A stretch of DNA of 63,806 bases, the filler included, from Octopus bimaculoides (Eukaryota): assembly GCF_001194135.2 (NCBI RefSeq). It is 9 parts of 9 records of this genome, joined end to end, with 100 filler letters (N's around TTAATTAATTAA, not from the genome) between each part and the next. Parts side by side here need not be neighbours in the genome. Positions count along the whole stretch, not along the records: positions 19,317 to 26,168 come from NC_069007.1; positions 26,269 to 39,542 come from NC_068982.1; 7 more parts are not named here. One strand, 5' to 3'. Under the pieces are notes generated by a model, which was not told the DNA's origin, did no database searches, and saw nothing but the letters and a program-made list of their open reading frames with translations. Positions 24,591-36,496 of this stretch are shown in pieces. A program made the translations under genes and the position numbers. Numbering within the stretch: position 1 is the first letter of the stretch; each line of letters starts with the position of its first letter.

Positions 24591-25588
24591 TACATTAAAC
24601 GGATATGTATNNNNNNNNNNNNNNNNNNNNNNNNNNNNNNNNNNNNNNNNNNNNNNNNNNNNNNNNNNNNNNNNNNNNNNNNNNNNNNNNNNNNNNNNNN
24701 NNNNNNNNNNNNNNNNNNNNNNNNNNNNNNNNNNNNNNNNNNNNNNNNNNNNNNNNNNNNNNNNNNNNNNNNNNNNNNNNNNNNNNNNNNNNNNNNNNNN
24801 NNNNNNNNNNNNNNNNNNNNNNNNNNNNNNNNNNNNNNNNNNNNNNNNNNNNNNNNNNNNNNNNNNNNNNNNNNNNNNNNNNNNNNNNNNNNNNNNNNNN
24901 NNNNNNNNNNNNNNNNNNNNNNNNNNNNNNNNNNNNNNNNNNNNNNNNNNNNNNNNNNNNNNNNNNNNNNNNNNNNNNNNNNNNNNNNNNNNNNNNNNNN
25001 NNNNNNNNNNNNNNNNNNNNNNNNNNNNNNNNNNNNNNNNNNNNNNNNNNNNNNNNNNNNNNNNNNNNNNNNNNNNNNNNNNNNNNNNNNNNNNNNNNNN
25101 NNNNNNNNNNNNNNNNNNNNNNNNNNNNNNNNNNNNNNNNNNNNNNNNNNNNNNNNNNNNNNNNNNNNNNNNNNNNNNNNNNNNNNNNNNNNNNNNNNNN
25201 NNNNNNNNNNNNNNNNNNNNNNNNNNNNNNNNNNNNNNNNNNNNNNNNNNNNNNNNNNNNNNNNNNNNNNNNNNNNNNNNNNNNNNNNNNNNNNNNNNNN
25301 NNNNNNNNNNNNNNNNNNNNNNNNNNNNNNNNNNNNNNNNNNNNNNNNNNNNNNNNNNNNNNNNNNNNNNNNNNNNNNNNNNNNNNNNNNNNNNNNNNNN
25401 NNNNNNNNNNNNNNNNNNNNNNNNNNNNNNNNNNNNNNNNNNNNNNNNNNNNNNNNNNNNNNNNNNNNNNNNNNNNNNNNNNNNNNNNNNNNNNNNNNNN
25501 NNNNNNNNNNNNNNNNNNNNNNNNNNNNNNNNNNNNNNNNNNNNNNNNNNNNNNNNNNNNNNNNNNNNNNNNNNNNNNNNNNNNNNNN

Positions 25589-25653
25589 CTGCATTGAAAG
25601 TGTTTTGCGTAGGATGTGTGCAGTGCCCAGTAGTGCAATTTTCTGTATGTTAT
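25589..25653 (-). pseudogene. R4/Dong ORF C-terminal fragment
   Basis: Minus strand reads NIQKIALLGTAHILRKTLSMQ, matching the R4/Dong terminal motif QK.ALLGTA.ILRK.L; runs into a gap. Confidence 0.8.
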
Positions 25654-25664
25654 ATATATATATA

Positions 25665-25756
<92 letters not shown>

Positions 25757-25758
<2 letters not shown>

Positions 25759-25828
25759 TTTGCACAGCTTCTAACGCTGGAGATGTGCTGCAGTGTCAAC
25801 TGTTCACTACCAGTGAACTAAGGTAACA

Positions 25829-25829
<1 letters not shown>
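25757..25829 (-). mobile_element. Isolated R4/Dong 3'-UTR flanked by (TAA)n on both sides
   Basis: 57/67 identical to 36497-36563, the 3'-UTR of the Dong copy at 36497-38570; perfect stem-loop gttcact-acc-agtgaac at 25802-25818. Confidence 0.8.
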
Positions 25830-25880
<51 letters not shown>

Positions 25881-25887
25881 TATTCAA

Positions 25888-25960
25888 GGCGCTGCCTGGA
25901 ATCGAACTCGGAATCTTGGGGGTTAGTAGCCGGCGCTCTTAACCATTACGCTATATGCCC
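25888..25960 (-). mobile_element. tRNA-derived SINE head (tRNA-Arg-like)
   Basis: Minus strand gggcatatagcgtaatggttaagagcgccggctactaacccccaagattccgagttcgattccaggcagcgcc; A and B boxes present, stems imperfect, so not called a functional tRNA. Confidence 0.7.
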
Positions 25961-26122
25961 GTAGGCAACAAACAAGATGAGGACAGATAGCCCCGTCTAA
26001 TGTAAATAATGTACGGGATTTTAATGTTCCAGAACAAGTTATACGATGTAGTCACAGCAGATGTGACACTAAGAAAGCGCTGGCTTAATAACAACCATAA
26101 TGCTGTTCGTTCATAATAGAAA

Positions 26123-26168
<46 letters not shown>

Positions 26169-26268
26169 NNNNNNNNNNNNNNNNNNNNNNNNNNNNNNNN
26201 NNNNNNNNNNNNTTAATTAATTAANNNNNNNNNNNNNNNNNNNNNNNNNNNNNNNNNNNNNNNNNNNN
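26169..26268. other. Assembly join (44N-TTAATTAATTAA-44N)
   Basis: Fixed 100-bp cassette. Confidence 0.97.
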
Positions 26269-28841
26269 ACCGACTCTTTCATGCTTGCATGCTGGATACC
26301 AGAGCCTTCATTTATTCGTAGGTATTTATAGGTTTGTTCCTGCTCAAGTTCTTTTATTACTGTTTCGACATCTAATTCTATCGAACTTGACTTTACTAGT
26401 TTCCCTTTCTTAAAAGTGGCTTTGGCATACTTTTCAAGGCCAAACTCCATTCCGATATCATCACTGAATCCTTTCACAGTATGTAATAGTCCCTGGAGCT
26501 CTTCATCATCTTTGCCATATAGCTTTTAATCATCCATATACAATAGATGGCTTATTTTCTTGTTGTCAATTTTGTAGCCATACCCTGTTCTATTCAATTC
26601 ACTTGAGAGTGGTATCAGTGCTCTGCAGAAAATTAGTGGTGAGAGTGAGTCACCCTGGAAAATTCCACAGTTTATGCTAATATTGTTTGAGGGCAATACT
26701 CCATTAGAATGATATAATTGCAGCTTCGTGTTCCATAGTGACATATTATACTTTAAAAAATCTGAAATCACAGGAGAAATTTTGAAAATGTCCAGCGATT
26801 TCAGAATCCCCGAATGTGGTATGCTGTCAAAGCCTTTTTTATAATCAATCCATGAAGAGCTGAGATTTCTGCGCTTGTTATGGCAGTTCCCAAGGATCAT
26901 GCGATTAATTAAGAGCTGATCTTTGCAACCGTATGAGCCTCGTCTGCATCCTTTTCTTCAGTGGGNNNNNNNNNNNNNNNNNNNNNNNNNNNNNNNNNNN
27001 NNNNNNNNNNNNNNNNNNNNNNNNNNNNNNNNNNNNNNNNNNNNNNNNNNNNNNNNNNNNNNNNNNNNNNNNNNNNNNNNNNNNNNNNNNNNNNNNNNNN
27101 NNNNNNNNNNNNNNNNNNNNNNNNNNNNNNNNNNNNNNNNNNNNNNNNNNNNNNNNNNNNNNNNNNNNNNNNNNNNNNNNNNNNNNNNNNNNNNNNNNNN
27201 NNNNNNNNNNNNNNNNNNNNNNNNNNNNNNNNNNNNNNNNNNNNNNNNNNNNNNNNNNNNNNNNNNNNNNNNNNNNNNNNNNNNNNNNNNNNNNNNNNNN
27301 NNNNNNNNNNNNNNNNNNNNNNNNNNNNNNNNNNNNNNNNNNNNNNNNNNNNNNNNNNNNNNNNNNNNNNNNNNNNNNNNNNNNNNNNNNNNNNNNNNNN
27401 NNNNNNNNNNNNNNNNNNNNNNNNNNNNNNNNNNNNNNNNNNNNNNNNNNNNNNNNNNNNNNNNNNNNNNNNNNNNNNNNNNNNNNNNNNNNNNNNNNNN
27501 NNNNNNNNNNNNNNNNNNNNNNNNNNNNNNNNNNNNNNNNNNNNNNNNNNNNNNNNNNNNNNNNNNNNNNNNNNNNNNNNNNNNNNNNNNNNNNNNNNNN
27601 NNNNNNNNNNNNNNNNNNNNNNNNNNNNNNNNNNNNNNNNNNNNNNNNNNNNNNNNNNNNNNNNNNNNNNNNNNNNNNNNNNNNNNNNNNNNNNNNNNNN
27701 NNNNNNNNNNNNNNNNNNNNNNNNNNNNNNNNNNNNNNNNNNNNNNNNNNNNNNNNNNNNNNNNNNNNNNNNNNNNNNNNNNNNNNNNNNNNNNNNNNNN
27801 NNNNNNNNNNNNNNNNNNNNNNNNNNNNNNNNNNNNNNNNNNNNNNNNNCAATGGTTATTTTTTCTTTCCCTATTTCCCTGTAAAATGATTTGGCATTGG
27901 ATTTGAACATCTTATTTTGCTTGTAGAATCTGATTCTTTTCTCAAATTTGCGTATTCTCTGAGCTTTTGCTTGAACTTTTTGTTCATTCGCTGACATTAG
28001 TTCTTCTCTTGTTGAGAGTCCATATTTTCTCACGATCTTCCTGCTTTTTCTTGATCTTATATCATTTCCAGAGATTAGTTCAGTTAATATTGATATCTCC
28101 CTTCGCAACGATTCAATCTCAGTTTCAATTCTACTCCTCCAGTTTGATTTTCTTTTCGAATGTGGTATTGTTGGCTTTTTGGGTGTTAAACATCGTCTTT
28201 CGATTACCTTAGCAACAGAGTAAATAATTTCATTTAATTTATTAAGATCGGGTTTTAGTTGTTGTATGATATCTTGTGTAACACAGTTGCCAATTTTTAT
28301 TTGCGTTTTATGTTGGTTTTATGGAGTGGTTCCCTGTCATTCATATTTGTATGCCCTACAACTGCAAGCTCATTCAGAACTTCCTGCTTCATTTCAATGA
28401 TAGATTTTCTGTGTTGTTCAGCAAATATGTGGTCTTCAAATTCTGTTTCGACATCATTTTCCTGGCTGTTTTCCCTAGGGTCATTATCTTCTCCTTTTTC
28501 GTCAGGCTCTTGAGTGGTTTCGGCAAATGGTTGCCTTTCAGTCAATGCTTGTGGTCCAACGTTCCTCTCCTCTGCTTCATTATTTCTTTCCTGACTTATA
28601 TTTAGGTCATTCTCTACCGCTCTTTTAATAGAGGTCAATTCTGCATCTGTGAGTCTGGTATTTCTGAGGATATCTCTTCTAACATTTGCTAATCTGTTTT
28701 CATCCAGGTTTGGTCTGCTAGCTAGATTCCGGCTCCTCCAAATTCTGTAGGAGTTTGCGGTATGTTTCTCTTGGGTTGGCCTATTTAATGCAAAGTAATA
28801 AGCGTAAATTACTTCTTTATATTCTTCCCGGTTCCATTTAA
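26269..28841 (-). mobile_element. R4/Dong-clade non-LTR retrotransposon, N-terminal domain to RT, disrupted
   Basis: N-terminus KWNREEYKEVIYAYYFALNRP..YRIWRSRN..NRLANVRRDI; RT motifs GCRRGSYGCKDQLLIN, WIDYKKGFDSIPH, GIFQGDSLSPLIF, HLLYMDD, FSDDIGMEFGLEK; frameshifts and a gap. Confidence 0.9.
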
Positions 28842-28904
28842 NNNNNNNNNNAATTTTTTTTTTATATATATATTTTTTAACCACTAATCTTCATACAGGG
28901 GCCG

Positions 28905-29270
28905 CGTTTATCATCATTAGCAGCAGCAGCACCACCACTACCACCAGTAGTTGTAGTAGCAGCAGCAACATCACTATCAGCAGCAGCAGCGGCAGTGGTA
29001 ATAATAATAGTAGTGGTAACAGAAAATCAGCAGTACCAGTAGCAGTAGTAACAGCAGCAGCAGCTGTAGTAGTGGTAGCAGTAGTGGCAGCAGCAGCGGT
29101 GGTAGCAGCAGTAGTAACAGCAACAGCAGCAGTGGTAGTAATATCAGTAGTAGTGACAGCAGCAGCGGTGGTAGCAGCAGCAGTAGCAGTGGTAGCAGCA
29201 GTAGCAGCAGCAGCAGTAGTAGTAGCAGCAGTAATAGCAGTGCAGCAGTAGCAGTAGTAGTAAGTGCGGC
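28905..29270. repeat. Degenerate (CAG/TAG/TGG)n microsatellite
   Basis: Direct reading. Confidence 0.9.
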
Positions 29271-29402
29271 TCATGTATTTTTTTTTTTTTGTGAGATGGG
29301 ACGGGGTCGGTCAAAAATATTTCAAATGTTTAGTACTAGTAGCAGCGAGCAACAGCAACAGTGACCTTGACCTTAAGAAACATTAAGGAAGGGCCGACTT
29401 AC

Positions 29403-29498
29403 TCTGTTCTGTATTTGTGAATAGAGAAGTTGTGTTCGACCAGAGAGAATCTATTATTATTATTAATCCACGTGCATTTCTGTTATTGCATATTTCAG
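29403..29498 (-). CDS. Candidate symmetric (phase 1-1) exon, 96 nt
   Basis: Acceptor tttattttctccctgactAG and donor GTAAGT; one open frame EICNNRNARGLIIIIDSLWSNTTSLFTNTEQ; no recognisable homology. Confidence 0.25.
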
Positions 29499-29950
29499 CT
29501 AGTCAGGGAGAAAATAAAGGTAATATTGTAGAAATTAAAGTTGACTTTTCTAGAGATGTTCCTTTGTTAGAGAAAACAGTTNNNNNNNNNNNNNNNNNNN
29601 NNNNNNNNNNNNNNNNNNNNNNNNNNNNNNNNNNNNNNNNNNNNNNNNNNNNNNNNNNNNNNNNNNNNNNNNNNNNNNNNNNNNNNNNNNNNNNNNNNNN
29701 NNNNNNNNNNNNNNNNNNNTAATATGACCCAGCTGGACAAGGGCGAACAAAAAAAAAAAAATTAAAAAATAGAATAACTCTGAAAGACTGGAATATATAC
29801 AATATCCTGTGAGTATTTAAAATTCCCTTCAAAATAAGTTAAGAAATTGACATATCTACAGTTTTCAAACACACAAACTTTGATATCCACAACTGTTGTG
29901 AATACTCATCCTTTCGTCTCTCCTTGAGTATCCGAAAAAGTAAACATACA

Positions 29951-30019
<69 letters not shown>

Positions 30020-30030
30020 TATTATTATTA

Positions 30031-30350
30031 TTACCTCCACCTTAGCGAAGGCGGAAGTATTGTTTCAATCGTGTTTGTTTGTTTGTCCGTGGACAAGATA
30101 TCCCAAGAACAGCTCGATGGATTCGGAAGAAACTTTCAGGGATGTTTGTTCTCGTAACTGGCAGGAACGGATTAGATTTATGGATCGATCCGGTACCGGA
30201 CGAGGTTTCTGGATAGTTTGTTATAATTACTTATCGTTGCATAAATTATTACGATCTTACGTTGACTTTCAAGTCTTTCTCTGATTATCTCCAATGAAAG
30301 GACGCTCATGGTTTCCATGTATGTTTTGGCGGCGTTGCTGTTTTATTTTC
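30031..30350 (+). mobile_element. Helentron-associated (HINE/DINE-1-like) non-autonomous element
   Basis: Starts ttacctccaccttagcgaaggcgg (hairpin), then (GTTT)n and aagatatcccaagaacagctcgatggattcggaagaaactttcaggga, the typical HINE layout; 3' end uncertain. Confidence 0.5.
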
Positions 30351-30599
30351 GTTTCTCTACTATTAATTACACTCGCGTCTGTATCTATGTAGAAACTGAT
30401 GGATAAAGAGATCAAACTACATAAACAAACAGCAGTAAAACAGTTCAGAATTTAAATAACACTAACGTATTCAGTAACAGTTATAAATTTAATTTATCTT
30501 CGACAATTTTAAGTTTAACCAATTTTCAATATGTCGATCTTGTTTAAAACATCTTACATACTTGACAACTACATTTCTAGCTCTGCTTTGAAGTAAGGT

Positions 30600-33100
30600 T
30601 TACTTCTTGGAGTTACGTTTTTCTGCACACCGATGTTCGTAAACCTCGGTTAACTGACCCGTATGCAGGTCTGTCTCTTGTAGCCATTGTTGTGTTAGCT
30701 TTTTGATCAATATCTGATTTCTAGAGGCGGAAAGGGTAGTTTCTATACAGGAGGTTACATTTCCTAATGTCTTCGATATTATTCATACAAGCCTTCTTCG
30801 CTTTTCGTGTGATTTTGTTCTGTATCAATGATAGGTTTGTCACTATTTGTGCATATTTCCTGATTTTTAATTTCTAAATGAGGAGAAGTAGTGGTAGATA
30901 TGTCAGTATTTGGGTACCTTTGGTCATTCTTATTCTTAGCTTGTAGGCCAAGAGACTTTTTAAATTTCTGAATAAACTTCCTAACTAAAGCTTACTTGGA
31001 ATCTTCATGCTTCAGTAAGAGCACATCACTTGTTGTATTAGAGTACATTTCAAGGCCTACTATTGTTGATTTGAAGGATTGTTCGAACTGTATCAAACCT
31101 CTTCCTCGCATTTTACTTGGGAGATAAATCCTCTCTTCATCTGATTTTGGACGGTTCATTTGGTACCTTGTGAAGATTTTAAGGATCTTTCCATCCATAT
31201 TATGCATGTCAGTGAAACTTCACTAAATGATACCGAATCTATCTGTGATTACTCGTATAGCCAAATAATTTATCACATTAATTCTATTTGCAGCATTTAA
31301 TTCTGAGTTTTGAACCATTCTTACCCTTTGGTAGCATTCCTTGTGGATTTTTCTCTTTCATTTCAGAGTGCTGGATACCATCACCTCCATTGCTTCACAA
31401 CTATTTGTATATTTCGGATTAGTCTAGGATTCGAATAGCTGTGGTAGTATCAAGTTCTATAGTTTCTATTTTTATGAACTTCCTGCCTTGAAAGTTGCAT
31501 TTGCACATTTATCAAATCCGAATTCCATACCAATATCAGAGCTGAATTCTTTAATTTTATTCAGGAGCTCTTCTATTTTATTTACTCGTTTTTGGCAAAC
31601 AGTTTCTAATGGTGATAATAGATGTTAATAGTTTATAAATGGTGGTAAGGTGTGTTATGAGCCGTTATTTTGTGAGGTTAATAGTTTCTTCTTTCCTTGG
31701 TACGAGATACCTAATGCCTTCTGTAAGACACTTTGGGGCTTTCGCATGGTCGGATATGACCACATTGAATGCTACAGCTTCGTTATGGTGGCTGCTCATT
31801 AAAGAGTTTAACCAAAAGTTTGGAATCTTATCTATTCCTGAGGATTGCCATTTCTTTTGCATGGCGAGCACCGCGTTCACTTCTTCGGTTGTTATATTCT
31901 GCCATTCTTGATATTTGTGGTCTGCATTAGCCTCTTCTATGTCTTTGACCCAATATGCATTCTGATTAAACTCCTTTCGATTACTCCGAATGTTTTTCAT
32001 AAAATCTTAAATTTCCTGCAGGGAGATATTTTCAAAATAATTGTATTTTTCACCAATTCCCCTGTAGAATTTATTGGTGTACTTGAATAGTAGTTTTTGT
32101 CTGTGGAATGCTGAGCGTTCTTTGTAACTTGCCAGTCGTTTGGTCTTTAATTGTATCTTTGAGGATTTCAAACTGCGTATCGCTTGATTTCTTCGTTTTA
32201 TACATTGTTGTTAAGTAGGTTATGGGTCTGTAATTATTGGTTCATCTGTTTCTTCATTTGTTGGAAGTAGGAATGTTAAACCGTTAACTAGCCAAGCGGG
32301 GATCATACTAGGATGTTGCAAAACATCGGTGTAAACTTTTGTTAGCAGTTCACGGCTCTCTGAGAAGACATTCAATAGAAGTTAGGGCCTTTTCCTTGTG
32401 TGTTTTTGCTTCTGCTCAAATTTTATTCCAAAAATCCTGCTCTACTTCGTTTGGTGGGACAGACTTTACTGTAACTGGTATATTCCCTATCTTATTGTGG
32501 TTATTTTTGAACATGTTGTTGTCCTTGCTATGCGGGCTGCTTTAGCACATAGCTTTTAGTTGATGGTTTCTATGGTGGTATCAATTTGAAATATGGCTTT
32601 CATTGTATGTTTTCTTTAATTTTCAGTTTTTTGTAGGTTTGATAGTCTTATCAGACTCAAGATTGTTCAAACATTCTATGTCAGACCTAAGTAGCTTAAC
32701 TTGGTGTTGAATACGCTCTTGCCAAGAAGTCTTTTGTATGAATGTTGTCGTTTTCTAATCTTTTCACCACACGGAATCGTTGGGATATTTGCGGGTGCAT
32801 AGTACAGGTGGTTGAGATCTGTAATATCAACATCATTAGCTAACATTATATCCTTAAATGCAAGGCGAATTTTACCAATTATTTTCAGGTTTTCGTTAGA
32901 ATTGCGAATTTTTCAGAGAGCATTGCGTTCATTCATACTGCTTACTTTAATTTTCAGCTATTCAATCCTGATTTGATGTTTGTGATCCTGTAGTTCTGTT
33001 GGGTCAATTTCTGTGTGCCTTTCTTCATCTATTTGATTTTCATCTGCTTTAGTGTTTATGGTTGGTTCAGAGAGTATTTCACATAGCTTTGCACTTTGCT
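30600..33100 (-). mobile_element. Decayed R4/Dong element with RT core deleted; 5' end abuts (TAA)n
   Basis: DITDLNHLYYA, SWQERIQ, WQSSGIDKIPNFWLNSL, IYKLLTSII joined directly to KLFAKNE, FSSDIGMEFGFDKCA, RIYLPSKMRGRGLIQ, KLTQQWLQETDL. Confidence 0.85.
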
Positions 33101-33101
33101 G

Positions 33102-33248
<147 letters not shown>

Positions 33249-33249
33249 G

Positions 33250-33838
33250 TTTTTCTTATCAGAACGTTCTGTCTTGTTTGCTTTGGTAGCTTCTTGGAGA
33301 GCGGGCAATAGCCTGCTGTTAGAAGTCTCACAAGGACGCTTTCCACATATTATAAGTTTTGAAAGTAGGTTGTTAATTATCATCGAGGACATTTAATATA
33401 CAAGTACTATAGCTCATAATCCTAGCTGTACTCAGCAGAGCAGTGTTTTGGGCTTCCTCTGCCCTCGTGTCAATTCCGATTTGTGTGATCTATTTCTCCA
33501 ACATGATTGTTAGTAATCTGCCTGCCCCTACAACTACTGAAATGACACACATTCTGCTCATAGTACACATACTTGTAATTTCGCCTTTTAGTTGTTTGTA
33601 CTTTTCAATCTTGTCTAGTTGTTTGTCACTTATGCGTGCATCCCAGATATTGAAATGTCTATAATCCTGGTTTCCTTTTCTCTTATTTACCACATGAATA
33701 TTTAGTTTTTGAGCATCGATTAGGGAGTTGCATTGGATTGTAGAATACCATAGTATCTTATATTCCTTGTTCTTGATGACACCTACTGGTTCATATTCTT
33801 ACCATTTCCAGACCTTCTCCAGGCTGTACTTTTCACAT
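33250..33838 (-). mobile_element. R4/Dong REL-endonuclease fragment plus 3'-UTR ending in (TAA)n
   Basis: LCEKYSLEKVWKW..EPVGVIKNKEYKILW, WDARISDKQLDKIEKYKQLKGEI, VISVVVGA, QNTALLSTARI. Confidence 0.85.
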
Positions 33839-34129
33839 AGCCATTATCATCATCATCATCATCGTCGTCGTCGTCGTCGTCGTCATCATCATCGTTATCA
33901 TCGTCGTTGTTGTTATTGTTGTAGTTATTTTTGTTGTTGCTGATGTTGTTGTTGATTCTTTTAACATTGTAGCTTCATTGGAGGATATAAGAATCTACCA
34001 GCAATTCACAAGCAGTGTACTATAGTAGTACTATTCTATTAGGTTTCCAGAACATTGCATTAGATTGATGCCGTTTCAAGTAACTCTCTTTTCTGTAGAT
34101 GCTCTGTCTTAACATTCACTCCTGTCTTT

Positions 34130-34800
34130 TCATTTCATTTTCTGAGCGTGGTCCGTACTGTCTCCAAAATTCCAAGAAGTTTAGGTAGAACACATATTTT
34201 CAATAGAAGCAGTTTTTTTTATCTCTAGTTAAAATCGTTATATCTGTCCCTTTCTTCTCTTCCTGATACTCTGTAATCACTGCCGCATGCAATATTAAAG
34301 ATTAAAGAGGATATTCCCTCTGTGTTCACAAACATTTTATCCTGCTTTCAGCACAAAAAAAAAAAGAAAAAAATCATGTTCATAGTGCATCATTAAATTC
34401 CATAGTGTCTTTATTTTGTCTCAATCCAATCGACACGTGTTACTTAGCTCCGAATGAATTATCCTTGCGAGATTATCGTGTCTCTATTCATAGTATTCTT
34501 TTTTACCAGCTTCAAATATTCATTCGAAATATACCATACTTTGTTACATTTATCAACACGCAACCTGTATTTGTCACTTTCTGCTGTAGTCTCAATACCG
34601 TATTTGGTTTAATTTGTCCTAAATATTTGATATCACACTGCACCGATAAGTTCTTCTATCTCTGGCTTTCTTCATTAAGAATAGCTACGTTACATTGGCG
34701 TCTGTATTCTTGTTCACATCTCCTTTAGACTACCAGTTTATTTTCTTTGCATTCCACTTTCCTATCGTCTTATTTTTTCTTTGTAGCAACTTGTCTCCAC
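34130..34800 (-). mobile_element. Decayed R4/Dong zinc-knuckle/REL fragment
   Basis: NQ..YGIETTAESDKYRL, KKEYY.RHDNLARIIHSELS and a C-terminal ETVRTTLRK. Confidence 0.65.
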
Positions 34801-36399
34801 GCAAATAACTGTCCTGACCATGTCACCTAGCGCGACATGAACCAAGAGTTTTGTTATCATTTTACAATAAAGAATATATGCACTCACAAACAGACACACA
34901 TACGCACTTATAAAAACACGCACACATACGTATATGTATCCATAGATGAATTTGAAACTTCTGACAAATATGAATCACCCAGTAGTGTTTTTTTTTTACA
35001 TACGCTGGATTAATAAAAATATTCACGTTAATACTCACCAGGAAAACACTAACACTCACGAACAAAAGGAAAAAATATAAAGATATCACGTAATCCACAA
35101 AACTCTATGAATTCTCAGTTAGTAAATCTATTCACATAAAACTTTAGAATACATAACAATTGTATACTGAGCAATATATAATATTCCTTAATGTGCACCT
35201 ACATTGAAGTGGAAATGCGCTAAATAACATTAGATATTACATCGATTCTACATAAACAAAAATTAACTGCCAAGATATTGTGCAGCGACTTACTTGTGAT
35301 AACAGAAAATTATGTAACGTATTTTTACTGGATGAGTATATTTGGTGTCTCAAATATAAAAGTATTTATTTTAGTTTTCAATGGATTATCATTGACACAA
35401 TTCACTCATACGCGGAAAATTAAAGAAAAAAAAAGTTGTAAAATTTGCTTCGCGAAAAGACTTAAATATTTCTAGCAGTTAACATAAATTAACTGTAGCA
35501 GCACCTACGTCACTTCTTGTAAACAGAAACCCTGTTAATCTTTCTGGTTCTATTTTATCGTAATAAGTGCAAATGAATCAATAGTCAAATTTCATTTGTG
35601 TAGAGTGAAATATTTTGTGTGTGTGTGCGTATATANNNNNNNNNNNNNNNNNNNNNNNNNNNNNNNNNNNNNNNNNNNNNNNNNNNNNNNNNNNNNNNNN
35701 NNNNNNNNNNNNNNNNNNNNNNNNNNNNNNNNNNNNNNNNNNNNNNNNNNNNNNNNNNNNNNNNNNNNNNNNNNNNNNNNNNNNNNNNNNNNNNNNNNNN
35801 NNNNNNNNNNNNNNNNNNNNNNNNNNNNNNNNNNNNNNNNNNNNNNNNNNNNNNNNNNNNNNNNNNNNNNNNNNNNNNNNNNNNNNNNNNNNNNNNNNNN
35901 NNNNNNNNNNNNNNNNNNNNNNNNNNNNNNNNNNNNNNNNNNNNNNNNNNNNNNNNNNNNNNNNNNNNNNNNNNNNNNNNNNNNNNNNNNNNNNNNNNNN
36001 NNNNNNNNNNNNNNNNNNNNNNNNNNNNNNNNNNNNNNNNNNNNNNNNNNNNNNNNNNNNNNNNNNNNNNNNNNNNNNNNNNNNNNNNNNNNNNNNNNNN
36101 NNNNNNNNNNNNNNNNNNNNNNNNNNNNNNNNNNNNNNNNNNNNNNNNNNNNNNNNNNNNNNNNNNNNNNNNNNNNNNNNNNNNNNNNNNNNNNNNNNNN
36201 NNNNNNNNNNNNNNNNNNNNNNNNNNNNNNNNNNNNNNNNNNNNNNNNNNNNNNNNNNNNNNNNNNNNNNNNNNNNNNNNNNNNNNNNNNAACCCATATA
36301 AACACACACGCGCGCAAACAAGCTTACATGTATAATTATACTTATATGTATATATTTATATATTAATAGTAATAGTATGACAACAAAAGAATAAATGAG

Positions 36400-36495
36400 A
36401 CGTCGATATTAGGTAAATAGAGGAATTTATTTGCAATATAATATGTGACAACTATTCGGTTGCCTTAAAACTCCGAGTTTCGGATGTCGGGGCAG
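36400..36495 (-). repeat. Partial copy of the hammerhead-bearing repeat at 9520-9610 (3' half of the ribozyme)
   Basis: atatgtgaca..tattcggt.gc..aaaactccgagtttcggatg.cgggg is shared; minus strand CAUCC-GAAAC-UCGGA-GUU; the CUGANGA half is absent. Confidence 0.65.
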
Positions 36496-36496
36496 T

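Noticed and set aside
25888-25960. Functional tRNA gene
   Set aside because: Acceptor and anticodon stems do not pair properly and there is no poly-T terminator; treated as a SINE head
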